64,000 bases of DNA from Amphiscolops sp. MND2022. Lineage: Eukaryota. A program made the position numbers and the translations under genes. Positions 32,127 to 45,959 of the stretch are shown here, one piece after another. Location of the stretch: the NCBI GenBank assembly GCA_964187785.1, contig OZ076409.1, positions 4,218,001-4,282,000 on the forward strand, in the 5' to 3' direction. Under the pieces are notes generated by a model. It saw only the letters and a list, made by a program, of their open reading frames with translations, was not told where the DNA came from and did no database searches. How positions within the stretch are numbered: the stretch's first letter is position 1; the number at the start of each line of letters is the position of its first letter.

Positions 32127-34249
32127 TTCAATGGGTACAGAGTAAGAATCATAGATAAGCACTGGATTTATAACTCCTCTCGACTTTTCAGCTGAAATAA
32201 GAAGATTATATTAATCAATAATTGACATTTTCTTGCGACAAATTTAGTTGAGCATGTTACTTTGATTTGATTTATTATGTAACTAAGATTATGTAACATA
32301 AATGCGCAATGGCTCCCCGTTTTGTTCAGCTGCGTTTGTTGAGAGTATGAAAAAGCTCCGAAAATCATGGCACCAGCTGATAAAAAAGCCTTTATTGGAT
32401 ATTCTCAATAACGGAAACTTGTTCTTGAGCTTTCTTGGAAGATTTCTCCTCTGATTTCTAATTCAGAACAATTTTTCCCACTCGAACTGTGAGAATTGTC
32501 TCGATTCTGCTTCCACAAGGAGGCGATTCGAAATGAGCTTGTGATTTCAATATAGTTTAAGTCATCTCTTAATCCCTGCTAATATCATTTTGTAGGGAAT
32601 TAGGCTGCAGTGGTTATAACTTCAATTCTAGTAATTGTTCGTTTCAAAACTCAAAAAGACGTGAGGTACGTGATTGACTAGAGAGGTTGAGCTATTCCCT
32701 CGAACGAAATCTCAAAAGGACAAAAAGGTTTTTGAAAACTTCTTATTTTCTGAAAAACTCTTATTAATTGAAATTATTGGAAAGTTTTTCTCAACTTCAC
32801 AAGGAGTTCAAAGCACTAAAAAGTTTTCAATCCAAGAAAGCTACAATAGATAACTTTCAAGTTTCCAAATCGAGAACAATCAAAGAAGTGTTGGTTCGGT
32901 ATCCGTTACAATTTAGGTGAAAATCTGCAAAAGGGGGACCACACAGATACATCGTTCGGGCATGTTTCTCACAAAATGTGGCCAGTGAGAAACAGAAAGA
33001 TAAAACTTTTGGCACTGTGATTTCTTAAGAGTTGAATTTAAAACGGTTTCGTGATTCGGGGCAACTTTTGTTTGTCCGAATACAACAATAATTTGAACAG
33101 AAAGCTAGATGCTTCTCTTAAAAAGCAGCTGTTTTTAGTTTTTAACAGCGGATGGAATATGCTCCCCAGAACCTTCATTTATGAACCTTCGGCAATCAAC
33201 ATGTTATATTCACATGTTAGAAACGAATCACAGTCAACTGTTTGGTACCCAAGTTGATTTTTCTGCGGAAAACTTGAAGCGACCAAAGGATATTCTTCAA
33301 GAAGTTGGGGAATTGTGCAATTTTTCTTATCAAACAAATGGTTCCAATCCCCTTTTTTCAGGTACAATGAGTCTAAATTTTCCGATCGTGATCAAACTTC
33401 ATTCGGTACCAGTTGCTTCACCAAGAGCGTGGTTATAAAACACAGTAAAGCGTAGATTCTGTTCTGCAGGATTTTTGAAATCAATTCGATTTCGTTGTAA
33501 CAAAAACACGCGTGGTATACACGGTAGTGGTGAACGAAGTACGAAACCATGAAACCATGCGTGCCAAAAGTCAAAAATGTTTGTAGAATAGATTCACTCG
33601 AAAATTGCGGGTGCAAGCATTCGACCCCAATCACTAACCAACTGTGTAGCCGATTATCTCCAGTTCACAAAAGCCCAGTGTTTGGTACTTGTGTCTGATT
33701 TGAACTTCATTGCCAGCTATGGATCCACCCAGACAGTAGACTCCTGCCCAGTCACCGGGTTTTGTTGACGTCATCACTCCGCAAGGTGAGCAGTGAATGC
33801 CGTGAGAACACACATCAACCCAGAGTCCCTCGGATTCAAAATCTATATCATAGATACCTCAAGATATACATTGGGGGAAAAAACTCACTATGTGGTACTG
33901 ATATGAAATGAATCCCGGGCGAATGAACAACATTCATTTTGATCACTACGCGTAACGCCAAATCACACAGTGTAACGAGCAAAACTCGTAACGCGTATCA
34001 GAAATAATAACGCGTTTCTATTGGCAAGATCTTTCTAGTTCGTTGCGGCATATGTATCGTAATGTTTAGTGGAAGAAGGACCAACATGCTCAAAACTTTT
34101 CAGTCTTTCATGCAACAAAACTTTTCAGTCTTTCATGCAACAACAATTGATTCAAACCAAACAAAACTTCAAAGAGTTTTCTTTGAATTTCTACTAGAAT
34201 TGGAAATAAAAACGGATTTTAAAAACAGATTTCGATCTAACTTGTGAAC

Positions 34250-34532
34250 TGTGCTGCTTTTTAGAGTTGTATATTTTATTTAGTGGTCTTGTATCTAGAT
34301 GGTACTGGTCTAAGTTTAAGACAAGACTACTTAGACCGATGCTAGCTAGCTAACTCTAATAAGGCTTGGAGGTCTGAAAAAAAAGAAGAAAGGAAGTTGA
34401 CTAAATACTGAATATTAGTTTTCTCTCTCTGAAGGAGTAGAGTTTTACAGTCATTCAAAATTAAATAAATGTACATTCTAGAACATTCTACAAACATATA
34501 AATACTATTGGTTATTAATGTAGGTCAGTACA
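34250..34532 (-). repeat. 3' LTR of element 2 (283 bp)
   Basis: TGTGCTG...AGTACA; about 96% identical by eye to 57431-57712; preceded on the - strand by a short purine run (GGGATGG). Confidence 0.95.
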
Positions 34533-35399
34533 ACCATCCCGGTTTTTAAATAAAATAAAAATTTTATATCACATGAATAAAATAAGTTTGAAAAAAATTC
34601 TGTTTAAATGTTTTAGCGTTAGCTGAAACGCTAGTTTAAATTTTTATTTTGATGGATGATTGGCATAAGTCTCTTTTTAGATTGGTGTATGTTCGACTCA
34701 ATGGTAGACCTCGAGGTGTCTATCAAAAGGTGACAACTTAGACCTCATATGTGCGATTATAGTTCAAAGGCATCAAAGTCGTCTGTTTCAGTATGCTTTC
34801 AGGCCTTGTTTTTGAACTGGTAGCGGCTCTATTTTTTGCCTCTGTTAAAGTTTTGAATTAACTTCGCATTTACCAAACGTGAGCAAAATATCATATGAGC
34901 TAAATGTCAAAGAGTCATTGAGAATTTGTTGTTGATATTTTTATCGTTTAAAGTTTGAAAACTGTCTGAAAAGATTTCAGGTTGTTTTCAACTTTGGCGG
35001 GTTTGTTATGCAAGAAATGTTAAAAACTTTGAGAAAGTTGCTTCCTATCCTTTGAATTGAAATCGAACAATGTGCTTGATCAATTTTTGAGCTACATTTT
35101 GTTGAAATTTTGAGAAGAGTTTGTTAACATATGATTGAATTACTTTTGGGATCGAAAAGCACCGAAAAATAATACAGAATTATTCTTTAAAAACGGGCAA
35201 ATAAACATCGGGTTGGGTGAATAAATTTAAGAAATGGGCGAATAAATATGGGTGTTTCATATTTCATGAATTAAATAATACAAAATTATTTGAAGGAAAG
35301 TCTAAAGTTTTAATCAAGTACAATGTTTTTTGTCATGCTTCTTGTTTCAAATTGTATTATTGTTCGTATTATCATCTCATGGGTCTTCTTGACTTCTGA

Positions 35400-36160
35400 T
35401 TTTACTGGGTCGATGATGGGACCAGTTGGAGAGAACCGGCAATTTTGGGTCTACAAGCGGCAATTTGGGATCTTCAGTGCTGAATGATGTTGGATTTCTG
35501 CTGCAACTGCAATCTCTTTGATGTTGATGGGCGGCGATGAATGGGTCCAGACAGTTGATGGTGGGCTATATGCGGGTGCTGTGTCCCTTGTGATCTTCGG
35601 TGAACTTCAGAATGCGATGTACATATATGTTTTATGTGGAGAATTTTCGTCGAGTATCGCTTCAGGAGAGTCTTTTTGAAGTTCGTCATGGGTAGAAACA
35701 TTGTCATCCGATGGCCAGTTAGAGACTATTTTTTCTTTTTCCAATGGAGTACGTGTTCTATTGGATAGGTTTTTGGAAAAGGCTTTTGGTCGGATAGTAG
35801 ATAAATTCGTTTGAGTAGTGGCATGACATTTGTGAATGAAGGTATCGGGATGATTATGCAATATAAGGTATTGCTGAAAATTTATTTTATTTATTTGGAA
35901 TGTTTGAAATATATTGAAGAGAATCATCTTCGTTAGTTGTGGATCTGCCTTGTTTTCTTGGGTCATCTGTGTATATAACGTGGATGAATGTTTTTTCAGA
36001 ATGAGAGATCGAAGGCAGTTTGAAGCAATTGGGAGCTGTATGAAAGTGTTTGAAGTCATTTGATTGAAGAGGTGAGATGGAAATTTCAAATTGCTTGATG
36101 AGGAAAGGCGTTGAGGCTGCGATTGGGAAGAAGAGGAAGAGGTGAAGAAAGAAGTTTATT
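35400..36160 (-). pseudogene. Degenerate post-env accessory ORF C of element 2
   Basis: Overlapping ORF fragments 35607-36089 and 35474-35707 with the element's A/C-rich coding-strand bias; function unknown. Confidence 0.4.
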
Positions 36161-36209
36161 CACCTGAAATAGATTAGTTTGTTTACATTTGAATTCCTTT
36201 TTAATTTAG

Positions 36210-36770
36210 ATTTTATTGTTGACTTTTTCTTGATATATTTTATTGTGTTATATCTTTTTAATTTTCGTTTTCAAGTTGGTGTATTTTGGATATCTTTTGA
36301 AGAGTCTTTAAATATCTTTCATTTGATGTCTTATTTGTTAAAATCGGTTCATTAAAAAGAGGAGCATTTGAAGCCTTTTGTTAAAAATTTTTATGTCCCA
36401 TTTCAAAATCTTCGTATAAGTTCAATTTAATGCTGTCTTTTTTTGGTTAATATAGGCTGTAAATATGTTCAACGAGTATTTTTAAGTAAGTACTAGCTAG
36501 TTTCGACAGGTTGTTAAGGAACTAAGAGTCAAGTATTAAAATTATTAAAGCTATTATCCCTAATTACCAGTTAAGATTGTTGGAGTTTTCAAATATGTAG
36601 TTGATTTCATCCAAGGATGTGCGTACACACGAAGCTGATTGGCTAACTCTTGTCGTATCAAATGTCATATTTTGCAACAGGTCTCGAGCTTGTTCTAGTG
36701 TATTTACTATATCGGCAATAGTAAGAAGTCCATCCTTTTTTGGTTTATGATATGGTTTTGAAATGTCCAT
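36210..36770 (-). pseudogene. Degenerate post-env accessory ORF B (starts MDISKPYHKPKKDG)
   Basis: ATG overlaps the stop of ORF A (TAATG at 36772-36768). 68 aa intact, then apparently disrupted. Confidence 0.45.
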
Positions 36771-37852
36771 TAATTGTTTGTTTTTTTTTGTATTTCTTCG
36801 GTAGGAGGAAAGTTTTCTGGTTGAGGAATGTCATTTGTTGGTTTCTTTGAAGGTTCTTGATTTGTTCTTTTGTGTTCTTTTATATTTCTTTTTGTAAGGA
36901 TTGAAATGAGATGAGAAATAATGAATAACAGTTCATTATTTGAATATCCCTTTTTTGCTTTAGCGTAATAATAAGATTTTTCACAATCTCCAAGACGTTG
37001 GGAGGCAATGGGTTGAATTGGAGGAAGAGGGTCTGATATATTTTTGGGTATATCTTCTTGTAATACCGAATCATCGTTTAGAATGAGATTTTCTTGTGGT
37101 ACTATAATTGGTCTTTTTGGATTTTCATTTGGAAGGAAGAGAAAACTTTGTTTCAATGGATCGTAATTGCTTAATTTTCCTTCTATTTTTGTGTGATCTA
37201 TTAGGTATTCTGCGTTTAAAGTGAACGGCGATGTATATTTTGAAATGAAGAAAAGATAGTTTTCAGGTTCTTTGTATTGAAGAAATTTTTGGTAGGTAAC
37301 ATGGTGAGATTTCTTTATTTGGTATGGCAACAAATTAGCATGCATCTCTTCAGTTTTGAGATCATACAGAGATGGTCTGAGGAATTTATATTGAAGAGAG
37401 AGAATTTTCACCTTGTTATTTAACCACCAATCATATGGGGTAAAAAATTTGGAGGCAATTGAAGTATGATAGACTTTTTAAATTCTCTGATGATGAATTT
37501 GTATTTTGTTGGAATCATTTATGAAGAAGTTAAATGAGATTGAAATGTGAATTGTCTTTAGGATAAAATGGGAATTAAATCACAATCTCGATCTTCATCT
37601 TGTTTGGATGGCTTTATGAAAGGAGGACAAGCGCCAGATTCCATAAAAGGTTTATCGGCGGTTATGTCAGGGTATTTTCGTTTTTGAGATTTCGCGTTTA
37701 TATGATCAATTTGTTCAACTGGAATGGTTTCCATGGGTTCTTGAAATTGTGAAGATGAATTATTATCTTCGTTGAATGGTTATATTCAAAGGAGATGCAA
37801 GCAATTCAGAGGGACTAGAGTTAACTACATCAATTTCAGGCAAGGATTCCAT
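36770..37852 (-). pseudogene. Degenerate post-env accessory ORF A
   Basis: 213-aa open segment 36770-37411 with disrupted upstream part back to an ATG at ~37852; weak similarity to the old element near 23150-23500. Confidence 0.55.
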
Positions 37853-38268
37853 TTTAACTTGCGTGATTTTGTAGCGCTAAAATAATTATTTTCAACACAT
37901 GATAAGGTTGAATTTAAATTATTGAGGAGTTTTTGTTCTTTTACTTTGAGTTTTCATAAAATAGAAGTTCAAATTGTACTTACAATATTGGAATAATTGT
38001 TGGTCAGTTGTGAGTTCAAAACATCAACAATCACAGTGGCATCTATTCCCGGAATAGAGACTTCTGTAAATTCGCAGTTTAGAGGGGGCAAAAAATCGTT
38101 CCAAGTTAAGTTGTTGGGTTGAGTTGAGGTGGGCAACTGTCCAAACAAGAAGTTTTGGGTAGAATGAAGGTAAATTTGTGAAGTTATTCGTTGTCAATTT
38201 TGTGAACTTTTTAAAGCTTCATTTGCTTTATTTGGTTATTGTCTTTTCCTTTTGGTTATTATCTTTTC

Positions 38269-40825
38269 TTATTGGGAGGAATTAAATTTTATGAAAATTT
38301 TTGCGGGGCTTTCCGGTGAAGCTATTACATTTTGTACTAAGGCGTCATAATCTCGGGAATTTTGAGGTGTTGTAATATCATTAATGTTGTTTGGGTGTGT
38401 CTTTTTTGGTGATTGAAAGGTTGAATTTTTACTTGTATATTTAGGAGGTAAATAAGGGGAGTCATTATCAGAGTATCTTTTTATTTGATTTTGTGTTTCT
38501 TTTTCGGATAACAGGATATGATCATTTTCACTTGTGGTAATTTTGTGTTTAGTATATATCCGTTTGCGTTTTCCTGTATTATTTAAATCGGTAACCATTT
38601 CCGATGTGACAGTATTTTAAAAAACCATGGGCTATTGAACTCAAAATGGGGATATTGCTTTGGAGATTATCTTTTACACTAATTGTCTTGTAAAATCTGA
38701 GTAGGAAAGTTAAAACTTCTCTTACAAAAAGAAATGTAGAGAAATAAAGTCCACATTGTGTTAAAATATAACATGGATATCCAAATAAACTAATGAATGC
38801 TTGACTTTAAAAAATTAGGGTTGAAACGTGGTAATAAATTTAACAAATGATCATGTAATCCAATCCTTAAATGATTATAAGGATTTGATCCTGTGTGGGA
38901 ATGTTGTTAATTGTGCATTGTAATGAAATCGTAACCTAATGATTTTCCAAATAATTGGAGAGTTGTATCTGAATGTTTAGCGAATAATACTCTATTCCAG
39001 AATTGATCTAACTCTGCATTCGAGTAAATACCGGCGTCTTGAGCTGTGAATGTATTGGGTGTTTTTATTGTCTTTGTTTGAGTGGGTTTAAACATTTGTG
39101 GTGGTTCCCATTTCAGCGGGTCTGGTGTTAACACATAGAAATCTCCGTCATCTGCATCTGGATCTAATTCAATTAAATTTTGTGGGTTATTTCCACATTC
39201 TATTGGTGTGGCATAATTAAAAGTTTGTCTTGTTATGGGGTCTACATACATGATAGTTTCTCTATAGTGTATGGGAATTCTATCAAAGCATTTGTCTGCT
39301 TTGTATAGTGGCGATATAAAAAGAGGGCAATCATACAGCCACGCTGTAGATCCTTCTACATAATGAAAGTTACTGCGATTTCCAATTAGAAGGAAACCGG
39401 TTAATTGAGGGTTCTCAACTGACATAGCTAAGATTGTTAACAATTGTGTTCTCTATAGTTCACATACTGTGTGGAGAGTGTTAGTTCTTGTACTGTCAGT
39501 GATTTAAATACGTGATTTATTGTGAAATCAACTTTGGTATCAATTTGAGCATCGTAATCTATTGTAGCAAAATAATTTGATATATTTAATGCAGGGAATA
39601 TATATTTTTTATTAGAATTATCAAACTGTATTTTTCCACTTAAATTTTGGTGTTTTATTGAATGTGGTTTTGGTTGTCCAGTGTTCATATCAAAACCGTC
39701 TAAACAAGTAACAAAAATGTCTTCATATTGTGTTGAAAATAGTGGTTCTGGTTTTCCACAAAAATTTTGTGCATTGGGATATATTTCCAATCGAGAAAGA
39801 CTTGGATTGTCTACAGTTGATTGTGGTGTTTTGACATTGGGGTATTTTGTTCCTTTTATTACTTCAGTCTGAAGGTGTTTTGTGATATTTGAGGAATCGA
39901 TAAAATTATCTGTTTCTATCCAATAACGATCTTTGATTCTTGTCATTTTTCCAATGAATTCCTGTAATCGAAATATGAGACAAAGTTTTTCATCAAACCA
40001 TGTTAATATATATGGAGTTCTTGTAGTGGGTTTACAAAATCCGTCGGAATGATAACATGGTAATATATTTCCATCATGAATCATTTGGTAATTTTTATCA
40101 TCATAGGTTATTTCAGCATTGGTTATTCTGAGTTTCCAACTTTGTCGGGTTATTAGATGTTCTCTGTCGCTTCTACATCTTGAATAAGAATTTTGTGTAA
40201 AATTACTTATCCAGTCATGGTAATGTTCATCATATACGAATGTTCCAATATGCCAAGCATTTAATTTGTTTACTCTAAATGGTTGTTGGACTCGTTCAAT
40301 TTTATTTTGATAATCACTGTCATCAAAAAATGAGAAAAAACTTTGTATGTTGTAATTGTTTAATTCATTACTGTCAGTTGCGTTTAAATCTCTTATGATG
40401 TTTTTACATTCGATAGGGTCAAGTATTTTCGGAAGTTCTAATGTGTTCTGTCCCCATTGTAAACGATCATATCGTCTACTGGATGAAAATAATTGAGAAC
40501 ACCATATTTTTTCTGTTTTTATATATGCTTTGCATGTGAAAGCTTTGATTCTTTTTGCTTTTGCTTTAACATATACTGTTGCTTGGGTTTTTGTATGCTG
40601 TATGTGTGAGGGTGCTGGTTTACATGGTTCAACATTTAGAAAGCTCAAGTGTCTTAAGTTGTTTTGTTTTGCACAGTCATTATGAGATACCATAAGGTTT
40701 AATATGTTTGGGTCTTGTGGTGAAATATGGTTTTCTGGATTTGTTGTATCAGCTTTTGGAACTGACGTCGTATTAGTTAGGTGTATTAGATATACAATAC
40801 ATGTAATGAAAAGTATGTCTATCAT
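38269..40825 (-). pseudogene. env: env copy A: class III (herpes gB/chuvirus-like) fusion glycoprotein, frameshifted
   Basis: Signal peptide MIDILFITCIVYLIHLT; Cys-rich ectodomain; NPQL.GFLL..VEGSTAWLYDCP; hydrophobic/TM region; basic cytoplasmic tail. Fragments 39437-40825, 38907-39443, 38269-38598. Confidence 0.85.
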
Positions 40826-41994
40826 AGTTAAAATATAGTTCTATATTTAAGTCCTCAATATGGGTGAAGGAAGTTTATATGTCCAGTTCTAATTTCTGGT
40901 AGTACGGCGTCACACAGATAAGAGATTGAAGTGACTATGAATGGTGAAGAACTTGTTTTATGTGCTACTCTTGTTGAAAGAGATATGGATGAGGGTTTAA
41001 AGAATTGAATGTAACTTCGATTTCAAATTTTATTATTAATTGAGTTTCTTGTAATCTTCTTAGTTCTCTTTGTTTTCTTGCGTTTGAGAGAAAGCTATTA
41101 TTTATAAATCTCGTAGGGAGTACTGTGTATCGAGGATCTTCGTGAAGAGTACGAATAATCGTTGAGTTAACACGGATGGGATATTTGTGTGGGTTTGGTG
41201 TAGGAGGTCTTGAATATTCTTCTAAAAAGTATTCAGGTAGTTGTATTGATGAATCAGATAATATTGAGCTAGGTGAATAAACTCGTGAAAAGTTTGCAGC
41301 GCTATCTGAAATAGTATGAGGGTCTTCTGAAATGAGAGATGCTAATTCGAATCCTGATGTGACTTGAAATGGTATTGATAAGGAAGATGGAATTGTGGGG
41401 TGAGATGAGGAAAGAGAAGGAGTGTTTGATCTGGGTTGTGCTTGTTGTCTAACTAGTCTTGAATTGTACTGGAACTAGTTAAAGATGATAATTCTTGAGA
41501 AAGTCTTCGTGGTTGAGATCTAAGATTATAACAATGTCTTGGTACTCGGGTACTAGCTGTCGAATCCGAGTCTTTATCTTTATGGTATAAATCTGTTAAA
41601 GATGAAGTAGTGCTTGATTTTAGACGTTCTAGTTTTGGATATAATTGAGAGAATGTAATTGATCTTATATCAGATAGTGAATTAGTTGTATGTTCTGGTA
41701 TAGTTTTAATTGGAGTTTGACTTGTTGATGGTATAGGAGTATTCTTTGCTAATGTTGGTATAGGAGTTTTTCTAATTGTTTTTGTGGCAGTTGGTATTCT
41801 GTGTGATGAGGAGCTAAGGTATTGAAGAACTGAATCAGGATCAGGAATATGTGAAGTACGTGTAGTAAAAATAGGTGGAAGAGGGGGTCTATTTATGATA
41901 CTTGACGTATCTTGTACATTAGAGGTAGGCGATTCATCACACGAGTCACTTGCAGGTGAATTTGTTTCTAGGAATGGCAGATTTTGTGATTGAG

Positions 41995-42030
<36 letters not shown>

Positions 42031-42454
42031 GAGTTTGGAGAATTGGAGTATTGTAAGGTGTTTTTGTTATTCTAACGGGAGAATATGGAGTGGATGGACT
42101 AGGGTTTGAGGGTGAGGAATCCAGTATGTCTGTATCTGAATTTAAATATGCTGTATATTCGGATAGTGTTTGGAATGAATGAGTTGAACTAGATGATGAA
42201 TTGTTTTTGTTCTTTTACTTTGAGTTTTCATAAAATAGAAGTTCAAATTGTACTTACAATATTGGAATAATTGTTGGTCAGTTGTGAGTTTCGCAGTTTA
42301 GAGGGAGCAAAAAATCGTTCCAAGTTAAGTTGTTGGGTTGAGTTGAGGTGGGCAACTGTCCAAACAAGAAGTTTTGGGTAGAATGAAGGTAAATTTGTGA
42401 GGTTATTCGTTGTCAATTTTGTGAACTTTTTAAAGCTTCATTTGCTTTATTTGG

Positions 42455-45400
42455 TTATTGTCTTTTCCTTTTGGTTATTATCCTTTCTGATTGGGAGGAA
42501 TTAAACTTCATGAAAACTTTTGCGGGGCTTTCCGGTGAAGCTATTACCTTTTGTACTAAGGCGTCATAATCTCGGGAATTTTGAGGTGTTCTTATATCAT
42601 TAATGTTGTTTGGGTGTGTCTTTTTTGGTGATTGAAAGGTTGAATTTTTACTTGTATTTTTAGGAGGTAAATAAGGGGAGTCATTATCAGAGTATCTTCT
42701 TATTTGATTTTGTGTTTCTTTTTCGGATAACAGGATATGATCATTTTCACTTGTGTTAATTTTGTGTTTAGTATATATCCGTTTGCGTTTTCCTGTATTA
42801 TTTAAATCGGTAACCATTTCCGATGTGACTATATTAAAAAAACCGTGGGCTATTGAACTCAAAATGGAGATATTGCATTGGAGATTATATTTTACACTAA
42901 TTGTCTTGTAAAATCTGAGTAGAAAAGTTAAAACTTCTCTTATAAAATGAAAGGTAGAGAAATAAATTCCACATTGTGTTAAAATGTAACATGGATATCC
43001 AAATAAACTAATGAATGCTTGACTAAACCAATTAGGGTTGAAACGTGGTAATAAATTTAACAAATGATCATGTAATCCAATCCTTAAATGATTATAAGGA
43101 TTTGATCCTGTGTGGGAATGTTGTTCCTTGTGCATTGTAATGAAATCGTAACTTAATGATTCTCCAAATAATCGGAGAGTTGTATCTGATTGTTTAGCGA
43201 ATAATACTCTATTCCAGAATTGATCTAACTCTGCATTCGAGTAAATACCGGCGTCTTGAGCTGTGAATGTATTGGGTGTTTTTATTGTCTTTGTTTGAGT
43301 GGGTTTAAACATTTGTGGTGGTTCCCATTTCAGCGGGTCTGGTGTTAACACATAGAAATCTCCGTCATCTGCATCTGGATCTAATTCAATAATATTTTGT
43401 GGATTATTTCCACATTCTATTGGTGTGGCATAATTAAAAGTTTGTCTTGTTATGGGGTCTACATACATGATAGTTTCTCTATAGTGTATGGGAATTCTAT
43501 CAAAGCATTTGTCTGCTTTGTATAGTGGCGATATAAAATGAGGGCAATCATACAGCCACGCTGTAGATCCTTCTACATAATGAAAGTTACTGCGATTTCC
43601 AGTTAGAAGGAAACCGGACAATTGAGGGTTCTTAACTGACATAGCTAAGATTGTCAACAATTGTGTTCTCTCTAGTTCACATACTGTTGGCACCAGTCAT
43701 CAGGAGGCAAAGAAACTCGATTCAGAACATGCTGGTTGAGAAACAAAACTTAAACTCCTAAAAACTTAGAAGAAAATTTGAAGAAAATCCAATCATCACA
43801 AAATTGGCGAACCCCCCCAGTCGGAGTTTTCTCGCCAACTATTAGCCATAGAGACTTGAAACTTGGCACACATATGCAGGTACCTAACACAAACACACCG
43901 ACTAAATTTCAAGGTCATCCACCCATTATAACCACCTTTACCCCTCACATGTGTGATATTCAAGGTCATTGAACCAAAAATGTAAACTTTGTTATTTACG
44001 TATATGACCACATTAGAATGTAACTCTGTTGAAATTCACAATGTGTTGAAATTCACTCTGTTGATATTTACAATGTGTAAACATGCTTTAGAGCCCACTC
44101 AACCAACATGCTAAACCCACACTATGGTTTGTTTACTTAGCCAATAACTTCATATTATGCTTTAAATGTCATTTATTTATACTTCATATTTCAACTCATA
44201 TTTGTCGAATAATTGTAAACGATATGTATACCATAATCAGATAGGCACAAATTGATTGGAAAGCTGTATTCAAGTTGGGTCTTAGGATCATTTCAATTCT
44301 CAATTCATTTCTTCACCTCTTTTCGACTTTTCGCCAAAGACTTAGGGCGACTAAGTCAGTTACTCTCAACTTGTGGAGAGTTGGACGTGTTAAGAGACAA
44401 GGAAGAAGTGCAATTCGGGATCATTGGATCCTACTAAGTCAAGATACAGTCCTTTTAATCTAAGAAGCAAGCAGTGTTCGATAACGATCCGCAGTGCCGA
44501 GCACCGAATTGAGGGCGGCGTAAAGTTTGGTCAATTGGAGGGATCAAGCAGCCGTTACACATACTGTGTGGAGAGTGTTAGTTCTTGTACTGTCATTGAA
44601 TTAAATACGTGATTTATTGTGAAATCAATTTTGGTATCAATATGAGCATCGTAATCTATTGTAGCAAAACAATTTGATATATTTAATGCAGGGAATATAT
44701 ATTTTTTTATTAGACTTATCAAACTGTATTTTTCCACTTATATTTTGGTGTTTTATTGAATGTGGTTTTGGTTGTACAGTGTTCATATCAAAACCGCCTA
44801 AACAAATAACAAAAATGTCTTCATTTTGTGTTGCAAATAGTGGTTCTGGTTTTCCACAAAATTTTGTGCATTGGGATATATTTCAAAACGAGAAAGACGT
44901 GGATTGTCGACAGTTGATTTTGGTGTTTTGACATTGGGGTATTTTGTTCCTTTTATTCCTTCAGTCTGAAGGTGTTTTGTGATATTTGAGGAATCGATAA
45001 AATTATCTGTTTCTATCCAATAACGGTCTCTGATTCTTGTCATTCTTCCAATGAATTCCTGTAATCGAAATATGAGACAAAATTTTTCATCAAACCATGT
45101 TATTATATATGGAGTTCTTGTATTGGGTTTACAAAATCCGTCGGAATGATAACATGGTAATATATATCCATCATGAAATATTTGGTTATTTTTATCATCA
45201 TAGGTTATTTCAGCATTGGTTATTCTGAGTTTCCAACTTTGTCGGGTTATTAGATGTTCTCTGTCGCTTCTACTTCTTGAATAATAATTTTGTGTAAAAT
45301 TACTTATCCAGTCTTGGTAATGTTCATCATATACGAATGTTCCAATATCCCAAGCATTTATTTTGTTTACTCTAAATGGTTGTTGGACTCGTTCAATTTT

Positions 45401-45922
45401 ATTTTGATATTCACTGTCATCAAAAAATGAGAAAGAACTTTGTATGTTGTAATTATTTAATTCATAACTGTCAGTTGCGTTTAAATATCTTATGATGTTT
45501 TTACATTCGATAGGGTCAAGTATTTTCGGAAGTTCTAATGTATTCTGTCCCCATTGTAAACGATCATATCGTCTACTGGATGAAAATAATTGGGAACACC
45601 AATGTTTTTCTGTTTTTATATATGCTTCGCATTTGAAAGCTTTGATTCTTTTTGCTTTTGCCTTAACATATACTGTTGCTTGGGATTTTGTATGCTGTAT
45701 GTCTGAGGGTGCTGGTTTACATGGTTCAACATTTAGTAGGCTAAAGTGTCTTAAGTTGTTTTGTTTTGCACAGTCATTATGGGATACCATGAGGTTTAAT
45801 ATGTTTGGGTCTTGTGGTGAAATATGGTTTTCTGGATTTGTTGTATCAGCTTTTGGAACTGACGTCGTTTTAGTTAGGTGTATTAGATATACAATACATG
45901 TAATGAAAAGTATGTCTATCAT
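42455..45922 (-). pseudogene. env: env copy B, interrupted by the solo LTR at 43685-44559
   Basis: Fragments 44798-45922, 44555-44737 and 42455-43693 (VCELERTQLLTILAMSVKNPQLSGFLLTG..FGYPCYILTQCGIYFS). Candidate splice acceptor TTCAG at 45955-45951 just upstream of the ATG. Confidence 0.87.
43685..44559 (+). mobile_element. Solo LTR (875 bp) of another family, nested in env copy B
   Basis: TGTTGG...TTACA ends; 5-bp TSD CATAC (43680-43684, 44560-44564); the empty site is visible in copy A (~39462); 3' half resembles the LTR ending at 61534. Confidence 0.93.
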
Positions 45923-45959
45923 AGTTAAAATACAGTTCTATATTTAAGTCCTGAATATG

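Noticed and set aside
32800..33640. C-type-lectin-like host exons
   Set aside because: Only scattered Cys/Trp hints with stops and no consistent exon structure.
34092..34142. 25-bp tandem duplication (similar short ones at ~459-490 and ~31102-31156)
   Set aside because: Ordinary slippage-type duplications with no further structure.
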